Below, one piece after another: positions 53,513 through 64,000 of a stretch of DNA of 64,000 nt (the stretch's first letter is position 1; each line of letters begins with the position of its first letter). Source of the stretch: Nitrosomonas sp. (lineage in GTDB: Bacteria > Pseudomonadota > Gammaproteobacteria > Burkholderiales > Nitrosomonadaceae); the NCBI GenBank assembly GCA_017994575.1, contig JAGOKN010000003.1, positions 1,050 through 65,049 of the forward strand. The letters run 5' to 3'. The notes beneath the pieces are model-generated. The model saw nothing but the letters and a program-made list of their open reading frames with translations. It made no database searches and had not been told where the DNA came from. Made by a program: the position numbers and the translations under genes.

Positions 53513-53917
53513 TCAATAATTAAATTGATTGAATGATCTCTTGATCGGGCATTGTGGGTCTATCACGTAGCTGGTTTGATCAAACTTGTTCCATGCTCCG
53601 GTGCCTGCACCATCCACAACTAGGATGGTAATGATGCCAAAATCAATCAAGATGCCCAGGAGCGTTGTTGCATCGAACGATTTTGATGCCGGGACAGATA
53701 CAGCATTGCAGCCATCTTTACGAGCGGTGATGATGTAATCTTCCTTTTTTCGGAAGGTTGTCACGGCATTGCCTTTGCCAATCAGCGCTTCGTTAACGTA
53801 CAGGTCAGCATCCATTTGATTGCTGCGGATAGCTACTTGTTGCGTAGAGCCGTTAAACATCGTGGCGCATCCAGAAAGCGTTACTGCCATGACTGCTACG
53901 CTCAAAATTCTTTTCAT
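53513..53917 (-). CDS. Lipoprotein with a PEGA-like domain
   Basis: AGGAG RBS then MKRILSV..LSGCATMFNGSTQQVAIRS; C-terminal VDGAGTGAW. Confidence 0.78.
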   Translation of the reverse strand: MKRILSVAVMAVTLSGCATMFNGSTQQVAIRSNQMDADLYVNEALIGKGNAVTTFRKKEDYIITARKDGCNAVSVPASKSFDATTLLGILIDFGIITILVVDGAGTGAWNKFDQTSYVIDPQCPIKRSFNQFNY

Positions 53918-54366
53918 GCCTGTCTCCTTATGGTTAATAATAACTAAATTCTTATATCGGTAAACTTTCCGCAATGTTTGCACTTGCATTTGCTTTTCTT
54001 TCTTAATTCTTGCAATGCGGCCAGATATTGTTTCCCCATTCTTTCACATAGCTCCAGTAGTTTGGGTGCTGAATATTGCCTGGTACGCACGAATTGTGTC
54101 GCTTTGATGCAACATTGCTTTGTCGATGAGAACTAATCAAAGACATTGGTCAGGATTTTGGAAAAATTGTCGTAATCATCGATGAAAATTTATGAATAAA
54201 GTGAGGAATCCTTTTGAATTGTCGATATTCTTCGCTACACTCAGAATGACAAAGAACTGCTAGCGAACAGGTCTGATGCTGGAAAGGTTTCTATCCAATG
54301 ATTAATTGCCGTGACCACTCTGTACCGGACGATGAACGTTAATTTCAACTGATAAAAGATAACGAT

Positions 54367-55047
54367 ATGGAAAACACTACTCAGCAAATGCTCAATCCTT
54401 GGGTATCAATATGGACAAGACCGCGTGCAACTATTCAACAGATCGTTGACGTAAACCCGCAACGGTACATTTGGGTGTTGGCGGCAGTCAGTGGAGTTGC
54501 TGATGCCTTAAACCAGGCCAGTGAGAGAAGTGCGGGGGATGAATTGGGTTTGCCTCTGATTCTGCTCATTGTTGTCGCTGCTGGATCGATTGGCGGCATT
54601 GTCAGCTTATATCTTTTTGGTGCGCTATTCAGATGGACAGGGGGTTGGATGGGTGGAAAGGCTTCAGCTGAGAATTTGCGGGCGGCCATTGCGTGGTCCA
54701 GTGTGCCTGTCATATGTTCTTTAGTGTTGTGGATTCCTTCGTTTGCAATCTTTGGTCAAGAGCTATTTACTACTGAAACGCCAAATATTGATGTCAATCC
54801 TTCCTTGCTATTCGTATTGTTTGGTTATGGTGCCATTGAAATGATTATTGGAGTGTGGGCATTTGTTGTGCTACTGAAATGTATCGGACAGGTGCAGGGC
54901 TTCTCCGCATGGAAAGCGTTGGGCAACACGCTCCTGGTCGGATTGATTGTCATGATTCCTATTGCATTAATAATTTATGGGATCGGTGGCTTTCCAGAAA
55001 CCGAAGAACTCATCTTCACCACGGATAGCGATGCCATATGGCTTTAA
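54367..55047 (+). CDS. Yip1-domain membrane protein
   Basis: PWVSIWTRPRATI, LRAAIAWSSVP, QGFSAWKA. Confidence 0.85.
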   Translation: MENTTQQMLNPWVSIWTRPRATIQQIVDVNPQRYIWVLAAVSGVADALNQASERSAGDELGLPLILLIVVAAGSIGGIVSLYLFGALFRWTGGWMGGKASAENLRAAIAWSSVPVICSLVLWIPSFAIFGQELFTTETPNIDVNPSLLFVLFGYGAIEMIIGVWAFVVLLKCIGQVQGFSAWKALGNTLLVGLIVMIPIALIIYGIGGFPETEELIFTTDSDAIWL

Positions 55048-55155
55048 TTCGCTGATAATATTTCATTGTTTGGCAAAGAAGGAAAATCAAAATGGGGTGC
55101 GAACGCCATTTGAAGCCATCCTTCTTTAAACCAAAAAAGATCTGTCTTAAGTTGG

Positions 55156-58100
55156 TTAGCGTTCAACCAATTCCATCTCAATTGTAGTTACCTCACCATC
55201 CCGTCGGAAGCGTAATTCAACTTTCTCTCCCGCCTTAAGCGTGCGCAGGATATCTGCGTATGCTGCCAAGTCACTGATGGGCCGTCCGGCGAGTTGAATC
55301 AAGATATCGCCTGTTTGTAATTTTGCTTGCTGGGCTGGCGATCCCGGTATAACGTTGTCCACACGTACACCTTCGCCTTGATAGGAAAAATCCGGTACAG
55401 TGCCGAGGCTGGTTTTGCGTTTGTCTTTAGCCGGTGCAGGTTGATGGGGTGTCGATGGTGATGGCAAAGTGACAGTCAGCGGTTCGATGCGGTTGGCCAG
55501 ATATTCGACGGCTTCCTTAAGGATGGCAGCTACTTTGACCAATCCCGCAGAATCAATCTTATCTATAGTGTCGCCGGGGGCGTGGTAGTCTTCGTGTGCA
55601 CTGGCGAAAAATTGCACGGCGGGCACTCCCGCCTGGATGAATGCCGCCTGGTCGCTGGAACCGAAGTCATCTTGTACGGTATTAATCGGAATGCCGGTGA
55701 CAAAGCCCGCGCCACGGAAAACATGCACTAGCTCGCGCGCACTGCCAATGCCAAACAGCGTGACCGGATTGTTGCCTAGTCGGCCTACGGTATCCAGATT
55801 CAGCATGGCGGTTATTTTTTCCACCGGAAAGTCTTTTGTATTATGGGTGTAGTGTCTGGAACCCAGTAGTCCTGCTTCTTCACCGGTAAATGCCACAAAA
55901 ATGATGGTGCGTTCGGGTTGCCATTTAGGAATAATTTGCCGCACCAGTTCCAGCATGACAGCAATTCCGCTGGCATTGTCATCCGCGCCGTAATGAATTT
56001 TTCCTTGATGGGCTGCACGCACATCCGGCCAACCCATGCCAAGATGATCATAATGCGCACCGACAATCAGGCTCTGTCCGGCCAATTGCGGATTGGTGCC
56101 AGGCAGAATTCCGATCACATTGCGCAAGCCGATCTCTCCTTTCGGTGCGCCTACCTCTTGCCGCCAAGTCTGAAAGTAACTGTTGCCATCTCCTCCGGGT
56201 AGCAAGCCAATTTGTTGAAAGTGCTTGGCGATATAAGCAGCTGCAGTATCCAGTTCCGGACTGCCCAATTCGCGTCCTTTGAAGGATTCGCTGGCCAAAT
56301 GTTTAATATCAGCCAACATGCGACTTTCGGAAAAAACGGGAGGCAACTCTGCCAATGCCCGCCGCGGCTTGGCAGTGCCAACGTGAGCGGTTGTTATCGA
56401 TGACTTGTCTGGTTGTGTTATCCACTGGGTTAGCGGAGATTGAGTGATCGGCCATTGACCTTTGTTGATATTTGTCAGTTCATCGTCCTGTTTGAATACC
56501 AGATAACTGTATTTGCGGTAATGTGGCAATTTGCTGGCCAGTTCGCTGATGGCTTTTGGGTGATCGGAAGCTACCCATAACAGGGTTTTATCCGGATTGG
56601 CAGGCTGTCTTGCCGTCAATACAATGGCGTGATCAGCTTGTGAGTAATTTTGCTGATTCAGTTGCAGCTGTTTCTGGTGGTAGAGTACATTTTGTTGCGT
56701 CAAAGCCGTGGTGAGTGCGCTGCCGAATTTATTCTGCCAGCCCATGAGCCAAACCGTTCGGTCTGTGGGCAAAGCGGTTAATTGGTTATCAGTGATGATT
56801 TCCAGCACGGAGGATTGGGTTTTTTGCCAGTTTGCCGCCAATGAGCGATAAGCTTGCAATAAATCGGGATCAGCACTTGCCGGTAACACGAGTAAGGGTT
56901 TCTCAGCGCCAAAACCTTGCGACAGGGCAGAAGGAATTTCGCGACTGTCCAGACGCCTGAATACATCGAATTGCGGATCAATGTCGATGCGCAACGGGCG
57001 TGCAGAGAAGTTCATTTCAATTGCATTTGTTTTCTGGTTGATGACGATTTGGGATTGGTGCGCCAGTTCTTCGCCTTCCAAAGTGATCGAGACAGGGATC
57101 GTCAACTGATACGGTTCGCCCGGCTGTGTTTGTTCGACTAACAGCTTGAGTTTGAATCCTTGCGCTGTGCGTTCAGCGTGTGCCTGCTTAAGGTGCAGAT
57201 TAGGGGCGCCGCTGCGGTGGATCCATTGTGTGAAATGCTGTGAAAAATCTTTGCCGGCAATAGTGCTGAAAGTGGCCTGCAAATCGTCAAATGTTGCTTG
57301 CTTGAATTTAAACTGTTTGTAAAATTGCCTTAAGGCGCGCACGAAGTTTTCATCGCCCAATTCTTGACGCAGCATGTGAAAAAACATCATGGTCTTACCG
57401 TAGCCCACGGCTTCCGAACTGGAGCTGTGGCGCGAAACAAACTGGGCGATCGGGAAATCTTTTTCCTTGTTGACGAAATCTGTGTATTTTTGCAGTACGT
57501 CACGGCGATATTCATCGTCTTTGCCGCGTTGCTCATTCACTAAGTGATCGGCGAGGTAGGCGGTCAATCCTTCCGCCCAATTTCCCTTGGCATAGTCGAC
57601 GAATACCCCATTGCCCCAATAGTTGTGCAGAATTTCGTGCGGATAGGATGAATGCAGAATGAAAGGAAAACGAATCACTTTGGGACCTAGCAGGGTAAAG
57701 GATGGCATGCCATAACCGGTTTCCCAGAAATTCTCGACCAAAGCAAATTTGGTGTAAGGATAAGGACCCAGCAGTTTGTTATACATTGCGATGTATTGCG
57801 CGGTGGTATCCAGATATTTCTGTGCCAGCGCTTCATCGGCGCTGCGCAAATAAACCAATGCATTTACTGCGCCTGTGGACTGAGCATAGCGCTGATAACG
57901 ACCGGCGACGATATAAATGTCGTCTTGGGGTTGTCGCTCTTCCCAGATCACGCTTTGAGATGTGGCGGTCTTCTGTTCACTGACCAAAGTGCCTTGACTG
58001 ACGATATCCCAATCGGCGGGCACCTGGATATTCAAGCGGAATGACACCATGCCATCCGTAAACTGCGGATACCAGGCGCTGGAGTTTGCCAGGAAAATCC

Positions 58101-58545
58101 CTTCTTGCGAGATGACTCCCGGCGTATAACTGAAGCTGCGCGCGTATTCTTGCCCTGGGCCTTGCACGGAGTGATTGATTTTGCCACTGAAAGTCAGCGT
58201 GAATGCTTGCTGATGAGGTGGCAGGGTGAGTGTGTAATGTTTTAAGGGAACAGGTCGAGTGCGGGGAGCTGTGTCGGTTGCTTGCAGAGTGATTTGTGCG
58301 CCCTGAATATCGGTAATCGTCAAGTCGGCATGCAGGCTAAAATCGAGTTGAGTGGGTGTTTGCTGGTTTCGATAGCGTTCAGGAACCGATAATTGATCGG
58401 TAACGTGGATCTCGGAAGTATCCGGCGTTAGCGTAATTTCCATCTGATGGTACCAGGTCTGATTACTGGCCAGTGCGGTCAGGCTAAAGATGGTGCTGAG
58501 GATGAGGAAAGTCCCTATGACACTAAATTTTATTGATTTTTGCAT
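55156..58545 (-). CDS. Exported M1 aminopeptidase + M28 peptidase + PDZ fusion
   Basis: [10 protein letters not shown]...WAEGL (M1); [26 protein letters not shown] (M28); LGTVPDF...[14 protein letters not shown] (PDZ). Confidence 0.9.
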   Translation of the reverse strand: MQKSIKFSVIGTFLILSTIFSLTALASNQTWYHQMEITLTPDTSEIHVTDQLSVPERYRNQQTPTQLDFSLHADLTITDIQGAQITLQATDTAPRTRPVPLKHYTLTLPPHQQAFTLTFSGKINHSVQGPGQEYARSFSYTPGVISQEGIFLANSSAWYPQFTDGMVSFRLNIQVPADWDIVSQGTLVSEQKTATSQSVIWEERQPQDDIYIVAGRYQRYAQSTGAVNALVYLRSADEALAQKYLDTTAQYIAMYNKLLGPYPYTKFALVENFWETGYGMPSFTLLGPKVIRFPFILHSSYPHEILHNYWGNGVFVDYAKGNWAEGLTAYLADHLVNEQRGKDDEYRRDVLQKYTDFVNKEKDFPIAQFVSRHSSSSEAVGYGKTMMFFHMLRQELGDENFVRALRQFYKQFKFKQATFDDLQATFSTIAGKDFSQHFTQWIHRSGAPNLHLKQAHAERTAQGFKLKLLVEQTQPGEPYQLTIPVSITLEGEELAHQSQIVINQKTNAIEMNFSARPLRIDIDPQFDVFRRLDSREIPSALSQGFGAEKPLLVLPASADPDLLQAYRSLAANWQKTQSSVLEIITDNQLTALPTDRTVWLMGWQNKFGSALTTALTQQNVLYHQKQLQLNQQNYSQADHAIVLTARQPANPDKTLLWVASDHPKAISELASKLPHYRKYSYLVFKQDDELTNINKGQWPITQSPLTQWITQPDKSSITTAHVGTAKPRRALAELPPVFSESRMLADIKHLASESFKGRELGSPELDTAAAYIAKHFQQIGLLPGGDGNSYFQTWRQEVGAPKGEIGLRNVIGILPGTNPQLAGQSLIVGAHYDHLGMGWPDVRAAHQGKIHYGADDNASGIAVMLELVRQIIPKWQPERTIIFVAFTGEEAGLLGSRHYTHNTKDFPVEKITAMLNLDTVGRLGNNPVTLFGIGSARELVHVFRGAGFVTGIPINTVQDDFGSSDQAAFIQAGVPAVQFFASAHEDYHAPGDTIDKIDSAGLVKVAAILKEAVEYLANRIEPLTVTLPSPSTPHQPAPAKDKRKTSLGTVPDFSYQGEGVRVDNVIPGSPAQQAKLQTGDILIQLAGRPISDLAAYADILRTLKAGEKVELRFRRDGEVTTIEMELVER

Positions 58546-58655
58546 GCTTTTCTTTACGTTTTAAGGATAAGAGTCGTTCACGGCGCATTCTATAACACAT
58601 ATTGTTTACTTTCTTTTTACAGCTATGATTAAATGTTTTCCCTTTAGCAACGAGG

Positions 58656-59777
58656 TTGGTATATCTTATGAGAAGCTTCACACAGAATTCGGTTTCCAAG
58701 AAATCCACATCATTAATCAATGGATTATTTTCAGCTCTGATTTTTTCCACAGCAATGCATGTCGGCGCCACGGATTTCATTACCGGGGAGCATCAGTTCT
58801 CTGACAAAGAAAAACGTGTTGGCGAAGCTTATTATCGTGCGGATATGCAGTGGATGGCTTATCAGGCGGAAGTATCCGATGAGAATCCTTTTTATCAAAT
58901 TTACCTGAAAAATCTTCCCAGTGGCAAGGTGCAGCAGGTATCTCCCGGTAACGGTAAAACCACTTGCTCGTGGGTTCATCCCACACAGGAAAAAGTGCTG
59001 TTTTCATCCACCCATGAAGATCCTGATGCCAAAGCCAAGATGATCGCTGAGATTGAGCGGAGAAAATCCGGTGAACGGCAATCTTACGCTTGGGATTATG
59101 ATGAGTTTTATGATATTTACGAGACTGATTTTTCCGGTGGAAAGATTCGCAATCTAACCAAGATATTAGGCTACGATGCTGAAGCCTCCTGGTCGCCTGA
59201 TGGAAAACTGATTGCTTTTGCCTCCAATCGCAGAGCGTATATGGACAAACTATCCGATGAAGAAGCTGCATTGCACAAAGCTAATCCCTCTGCGCTGATC
59301 GATATTTATATCATGGATGCGGATGGTTCCAACGTGAAAAGACTGACTGATGGCAACAGCTATGACGGCGGGCCATTTTTTAGCCCAGACGGAAAGAGGA
59401 TCGTTTGGCGGCGTTTTTCGGAAGGTGGTCGGGAAGCCGAGATATTCACAATGAATATCGATGGTTCTGATCAAAAACAAATTACGCGTTTGAACATGAT
59501 GTCTTGGGCGCCTTTTTATCATCCTTCCGGAAAGTACATTATTTTTTCTACCAATGTGCACGGACATCGTAATTTTGAATTGTATATCGTTGACGTGGAT
59601 GGTCAAAAAGAACCTGTACGGGTAACGGATAAGGAGGGATTTGACGGCCTGCCGGTATTTACGCCTGATGGCAATTATTTAACCTGGACTAGTGATCGCA
59701 CCCCTGAGAAAAAAGGACATTTGTTCCACGGCAAATGGGATCATCAGAAAGCATTGGAAAGTCTTTCGTTAAAGTAA
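58656..59777 (+). CDS. TolB-like PD40 beta-propeller protein
   Basis: Repeats EASWSPDGKLIAF, GPFFSPDGKRIVW, APFYHPSGKYIIF, LPVFTPDG. Confidence 0.9.
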   Translation: MVYLMRSFTQNSVSKKSTSLINGLFSALIFSTAMHVGATDFITGEHQFSDKEKRVGEAYYRADMQWMAYQAEVSDENPFYQIYLKNLPSGKVQQVSPGNGKTTCSWVHPTQEKVLFSSTHEDPDAKAKMIAEIERRKSGERQSYAWDYDEFYDIYETDFSGGKIRNLTKILGYDAEASWSPDGKLIAFASNRRAYMDKLSDEEAALHKANPSALIDIYIMDADGSNVKRLTDGNSYDGGPFFSPDGKRIVWRRFSEGGREAEIFTMNIDGSDQKQITRLNMMSWAPFYHPSGKYIIFSTNVHGHRNFELYIVDVDGQKEPVRVTDKEGFDGLPVFTPDGNYLTWTSDRTPEKKGHLFHGKWDHQKALESLSLK

Positions 59778-59824
59778 GTAAGAGCTTGGTCAATCATCAA
59801 TGCATATCGTGAAACCAGTACAAC

Positions 59825-59865
59825 GCTAAGCTGCCGCTCATTTCTTCAAGGGTGAGCAGCTTAGC
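59825..59865 (+). terminator. Stem-loop downstream of the PD40 gene
   Basis: GCTAAGCTGC/GCAGCTTAGC stem; no clear T-tract. Confidence 0.4.
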
Positions 59866-60081
59866 ATCCGGTTCAATCTTGGCAACTAGAGTTAGTCAGC
59901 AATTTTTCAAATTTACCTGATCGCAAACACTTTTAAGCAAGATTAAAAGCTGTTTTGATCAATGTTTGTGTGTTTGACTACATAGCGTATTTCCAGTAAA
60001 TTCATTTTTTAGAAAAAATGAATTTCTGGTTTTCCCACACTCACCCCCACCTTTTCTTATCGTTTCAGCAAGGAAAAAACT

Positions 60082-61254
60082 ATGCTTTTAAATCAATATC
60101 AATTTAAGAATTATTTTTCTTTTCAGTCTGCAAGCATTCAAGGCGATTTTACTCGTAAACTCAGTGCCAGTTTGAAATGGGTAGCGGTGGTAATGTTGTC
60201 GATGTTGTCGACGGCCATTCAAGCTGCCGTTCCTGCAGGTTTTGAAGAAACTATCGTTGCGCAGAATATCATTGCGCCAACCAGAATGGCGATTGCCCCT
60301 GATGGACGTGTTTTTATTGCAGAACAAGCCGGTCGTATACGAATTGTCGATCAAGGCAAACTGTTATCCCAAGCATTTCTCAACATTACAACCAAGGTCG
60401 ATAGTACCGGGGAGCGTGGGTTACTAGGCATTGCGTTCGATCCGGATTTTTTAAGTAATCAATGGGTTTATGTCTATTACACCAGCAAGAGTCCAGTTAT
60501 TCACAATCGGATTAGTCGCTTTACGGCAAGCGGTAATGTTGTCGTACCGGGAAGCGAAGAAATTATATTTGATATCCAAGCGCTGAGTACTTTGAAGCTG
60601 CATAATGGCGGATCCATTCAGTTCGGAAAAGACGGAAAACTCTATATTGCAGTTGGCGATAATGGCACACCGAGTAATGCGCAAACCTTGACCAATCTTA
60701 AAGGGAAGGTTCTTCGCATTAATAAAAACGGCAGCATTCCAACCGATAATCCATTTTATCAAACCGCAACGGGTATTAATCGAGCGATTTGGGCATTAGG
60801 TTTGCGCAATCCTTATACTTTGGGTGTACAGCCCGGTACCGGTCGTATCCATATTAACGATGTCGGTCAGGATGCTTGGGAAGAGGTCAATAGAGGTGTA
60901 GCAGGCGTAAATTACGGTTGGCCTATTGTTGAGGGCAGAAGCTCCAATCCTGCCTATCGTAATCCAATTGTGGCTTATCCACATGTCGGCACTGGCGCTA
61001 CAGGTTGCGCAATCATTGGCGGTTCTTTTTATAATCCGGTCATGGAACAATTCCCTAATGATTATATTAACGATTATTTTTATGGTGATTTTTGCTCCGG
61101 ATGGATTCGTAGATATGATATTGCAACGTTTAAGACACAAGTCTTTGCATCGGGGATAGGCTCCTTGGTAGATATTCAGGTCGCACCTGATGGCACTTTG
61201 TATTATTTGGAAAGAGGCGGTGTGCTAACGAAGATAAGCTGGATTGGTTTGTAG
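60082..61254 (+). CDS. PQQ-dependent glucose/sorbosone dehydrogenase family protein
   Basis: GERGLLGIAFDPDF, HNGGSIQFGKDGKLYIAVGD, GLRNPY, NYGWP. Confidence 0.9.
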   Translation: MLLNQYQFKNYFSFQSASIQGDFTRKLSASLKWVAVVMLSMLSTAIQAAVPAGFEETIVAQNIIAPTRMAIAPDGRVFIAEQAGRIRIVDQGKLLSQAFLNITTKVDSTGERGLLGIAFDPDFLSNQWVYVYYTSKSPVIHNRISRFTASGNVVVPGSEEIIFDIQALSTLKLHNGGSIQFGKDGKLYIAVGDNGTPSNAQTLTNLKGKVLRINKNGSIPTDNPFYQTATGINRAIWALGLRNPYTLGVQPGTGRIHINDVGQDAWEEVNRGVAGVNYGWPIVEGRSSNPAYRNPIVAYPHVGTGATGCAIIGGSFYNPVMEQFPNDYINDYFYGDFCSGWIRRYDIATFKTQVFASGIGSLVDIQVAPDGTLYYLERGGVLTKISWIGL

Positions 61255-61477
61255 TCGTTAGAATAAAAGAGATACGTAGATTTTCAGACCGGTAATTTTT
61301 GATCAAGGAGTCTGCGTGTTATCATCTGAATTCGTTGTTGAATTTTAGAAAGTGGCATCTTGGTTTGCTATATTATTGATGCAACAGTTATTTGTATGTT
61401 TCTTTTCAATCAATGCTGCTAGTCATTATTAGCAAGACCGGTTTTTACTCGCTTCTCTGTCTTTAATCTTCATTCGC

Positions 61478-61510
61478 TTCTCTTGCGCAGTTGTTTTGTG
61501 CGCAAGAGAA
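61478..61510. repeat. 12-bp perfect inverted repeat (intergenic)
   Basis: TTCTCTTGCGCA-N9-TGCGCAAGAGAA. Confidence 0.65.
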
Positions 61511-61737
61511 CTTCGCAATATTTCTCCTTAAGTCAATTATTTCATCAATTTAGTAGTAACTGTGATTTTCCTCACAGTAGATTTCTCTGCGATTCTATAG
61601 CCTTACCCGAAGTGCAAAAATAGGGTTCTGTAAAAATTTCTAACGATTTCGGCAGACTACTGCAAATCGCAGATAAAAAAACTCATTCATCTTTTATTCA
61701 TCTTGCTGAAGTATTCTTCTGAAAAATAACACTAAAA

Positions 61738-62592
61738 GTGAGTTTGATTATGTTAAGACTTGATGAGAAAAGTTCTGTAGAAACATCAGCCGAATCAAAT
61801 CTTGTTTACTGGATGACTTTGGTTGATGAGCAATTCCGTAAAAAGGATTTTGGCCGTGCCCGCGATTACATTTTACAGGGATTGGCTAAATTCCCTCATC
61901 ACCCGCTTTTATTGGATAGATTGTTTATTGTAGATCGGCGATGGAATTCACCCATTGCATGCAGAAAACATCGCTTGGCAATACCCGATGAGAGTGATTT
62001 CCCATTCATGCAGCAATGTTATGCGAATGAGGAATTTATGCAGCAACTTCTTCCAATGGGACGTAAAAGTCACAGTCCAGAATCGATTCTTTCTGCGCTC
62101 AGAAATAATGAGTTTTCGGTTGCACAATCAAGAACTATGCATCGGATCATCAAGAAAGAAGAAGATGCATGCCCATTTGCAATATCGTTAAACGGCTGTA
62201 ATTTAAAACCGATCGGATTGGCCAGTTTAGTAGATATTCAAATTGCTCATCGGCGTGCTGAATTACTGATAGGAATTCCAGATAACAATGATCGTCAGCG
62301 AGCTTCCACCATAGCGATGTTGTTAGTGCTTGATTTTGCTTTTAATCAAATCGGGTTGCATAAATTAACTTCATTGGTTCTTGCAAATAATCCACATTCG
62401 CAAAAAAGTACACAAGCCATAGGATTTATCCAAGAAGGATTTCGCCGCCATCATTTGCGTGATCCAAAGACACGAGAGTGGTTGGATTGTTATGAAAATG
62501 GATTGACTGAGGATGGTTTCCGCGAAAATCCAGTCATAGTCCGAGTGTCAAAACGGTTGCTTGGACGAGATATCACATTGCGACCTGCTTGA
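61738..62592 (+). CDS. RimJ/RimL-type GNAT acetyltransferase with an N-terminal TPR-like helix pair
   Basis: HRRAELLIGI, LDFAFNQIGLHKLTSLVLANNPHSQK..IGFIQEG; N-terminal DFGRARDYILQGLAKFPHH; start may be 61750. Confidence 0.8.
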   Translation: MSLIMLRLDEKSSVETSAESNLVYWMTLVDEQFRKKDFGRARDYILQGLAKFPHHPLLLDRLFIVDRRWNSPIACRKHRLAIPDESDFPFMQQCYANEEFMQQLLPMGRKSHSPESILSALRNNEFSVAQSRTMHRIIKKEEDACPFAISLNGCNLKPIGLASLVDIQIAHRRAELLIGIPDNNDRQRASTIAMLLVLDFAFNQIGLHKLTSLVLANNPHSQKSTQAIGFIQEGFRRHHLRDPKTREWLDCYENGLTEDGFRENPVIVRVSKRLLGRDITLRPA

Positions 62593-62731
62593 AGCGTTAC
62601 TTTGAATTTAATAACTTAAGGAGGTGATTTTGTGAATATTTTTTAACAATTAACTACTTATCGGAGCATTGCGTCGAACAAAATATTACATTTAAGTGTT
62701 TTTAGAACACCATTAACCTAAAGGAAATACG

Positions 62732-64000
62732 ATGACTACTTATATTGGTACAAACGGAAACGATACACTGATTGGCTTGGATGATGTTTCTGATGATCTA
62801 ACCGGTGGGCTAGGAAATGATGTATTAATAGGTGGGGAAGGCTGGAGTGTGGATGTTGCCCATTACGATGGCGCAACTTCAGCGGTGACTGTCAATCTCG
62901 CTACGGGGACTTCTTCTGGAGGAGATGGTAACGACACGCTCATTGGAATTGAAGGGGTTACAGGTAGTAACTTGAATGATACTTTGGTCGGTGATGCCAA
63001 AGACAATACGCTGACTGGTAATAAAGGAAATGATTCATTACTGGGTGGTGATGGCAGTGACACACTGAGAGGTGGTTTGGGTAATGATATATTGACAGGA
63101 GGGGATCAGTGGGGTTTTGATGTTGCTGATTACTCTGACGCAGTCTCAGCGGTGACGGTCAATCTTGCAACGGGCACTTCCTCTGGAGGCGGTGGAAATG
63201 ATTTGTTGACTGGGATTGAAGGGATTACTGGTAGCAATTTCAATGATACTTTGATAGGAGGGGGTATTGAGGGTGGTTTTCTGGATGGTGGTCAAGGTAA
63301 TGATACGTTAATGGGCGGCGATGGTTTTTATACTACGCTCATAGGTGGTGACGGGAATGACACGCTGATAACTGGTAATAGTTTTTATAATACGCTGGAT
63401 GGCGGTAATGGAAATGATTCGTTAGTGGGAAGCGCTAATGGTAACGATACGCTGGTCGGTGGATTGGGCAGTGACATACTGAAAGGTGGAGAAAGTGATT
63501 GGGGAGATGATACCGATTGGGTTAATTACTTCAATGCGGTTTCATCGGTAACGGTTAATCTTGCTACCGGCACTGCTTCTGGTGGAGATGGCAACGATAT
63601 ATTGAGCGGTATTGAAGCTATCCAAGGTAGCAGCCACAACGATATTCTGATAGGTGATGCTAGTAACAATGTTTTGAATGGCGCCGATGGAAATGATACG
63701 TTAGTGGGCGGCGATGGCAGCGATACGCTGATTGGCGGTTGGGGAGATGATGTATTGACCGGTGGAGGTGGTAAAGGTTTTGATTGGGCCGACTACACTA
63801 ATACATTTTCAGGAGTGACGGTCAATCTTGCTGCTGGTACAGCTTCTGGAGAAAGCGGCAACGACACGCTGAGTGGAATTGAAGGCGTTACTGGTGGTGA
63901 TGGTAACGATACGCTGACAGGGGATGCTAATAACAATACTCTGAATGGAGGTTGGGGCGATGATTGGTTAGCAGGTGGTTTGGGTGACGATATATTGATT
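62732..64000 (+). CDS. RTX/hemolysin-type calcium-binding repeat protein (3' end beyond the window; absent from the ORF track)
   Basis: [23 protein letters not shown]; many GGxGNDxL repeats and four VTVNLAxGT.SG..GND.L.GIE units; frame appears open to 64000. Confidence 0.92.
   Translation, partial: MTTYIGTNGNDTLIGLDDVSDDLTGGLGNDVLIGGEGWSVDVAHYDGATSAVTVNLATGTSSGGDGNDTLIGIEGVTGSNLNDTLVGDAKDNTLTGNKGNDSLLGGDGSDTLRGGLGNDILTGGDQWGFDVADYSDAVSAVTVNLATGTSSGGGGNDLLTGIEGITGSNFNDTLIGGGIEGGFLDGGQGNDTLMGGDGFYTTLIGGDGNDTLITGNSFYNTLDGGNGNDSLVGSANGNDTLVGGLGSDILKGGESDWGDDTDWVNYFNAVSSVTVNLATGTASGGDGNDILSGIEAIQGSSHNDILIGDASNNVLNGADGNDTLVGGDGSDTLIGGWGDDVLTGGGGKGFDWADYTNTFSGVTVNLAAGTASGESGNDTLSGIEGVTGGDGNDTLTGDANNNTLNGGWGDDWLAGGLGDDILI

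Overview
Chromosomal segment of a betaproteobacterium, probably Nitrosomonas or a relative (inferred from gene order and protein style, not from a database search). Most of 20-51 kb is housekeeping: ratA/rnfH-smpB, ctaA, pilRS, ispB-rplU-rpmA-obgE-proB, a PhoPQ-like two-component locus, tRNA-Leu-rnr-rlmB, argS-SPOR-dsbA, msrA-gmk-rpoZ-spoT. The accessory stretches (about 2.2-7.7 kb, 10.5-20.2 kb after tRNA-Val, 36-40 kb, 50.8-64 kb) hold decayed IS5, IS21, IS1182 and IS66 elements, an apparently intact IS3, two MITE families (two copies each) and a hairpin-bounded 143-bp insertion nested in IS21. They also encode an FG-GAP/RTX protein with a TIGR03032-type partner, an AA5-like copper-radical oxidase, an M1+M28+PDZ double peptidase and a large RTX protein running off the window end. 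Best novelty candidate: a 176-aa cytoplasmic protein (52175..52705) with two tandem SeqA-N-like ribbon-helix-helix repeats fused to a Cys-less cupredoxin-like domain, downstream of a lipoprotein with a triplicated motif. No CRISPR array, rRNA or integrase was seen. All family calls are from motif recognition by eye.
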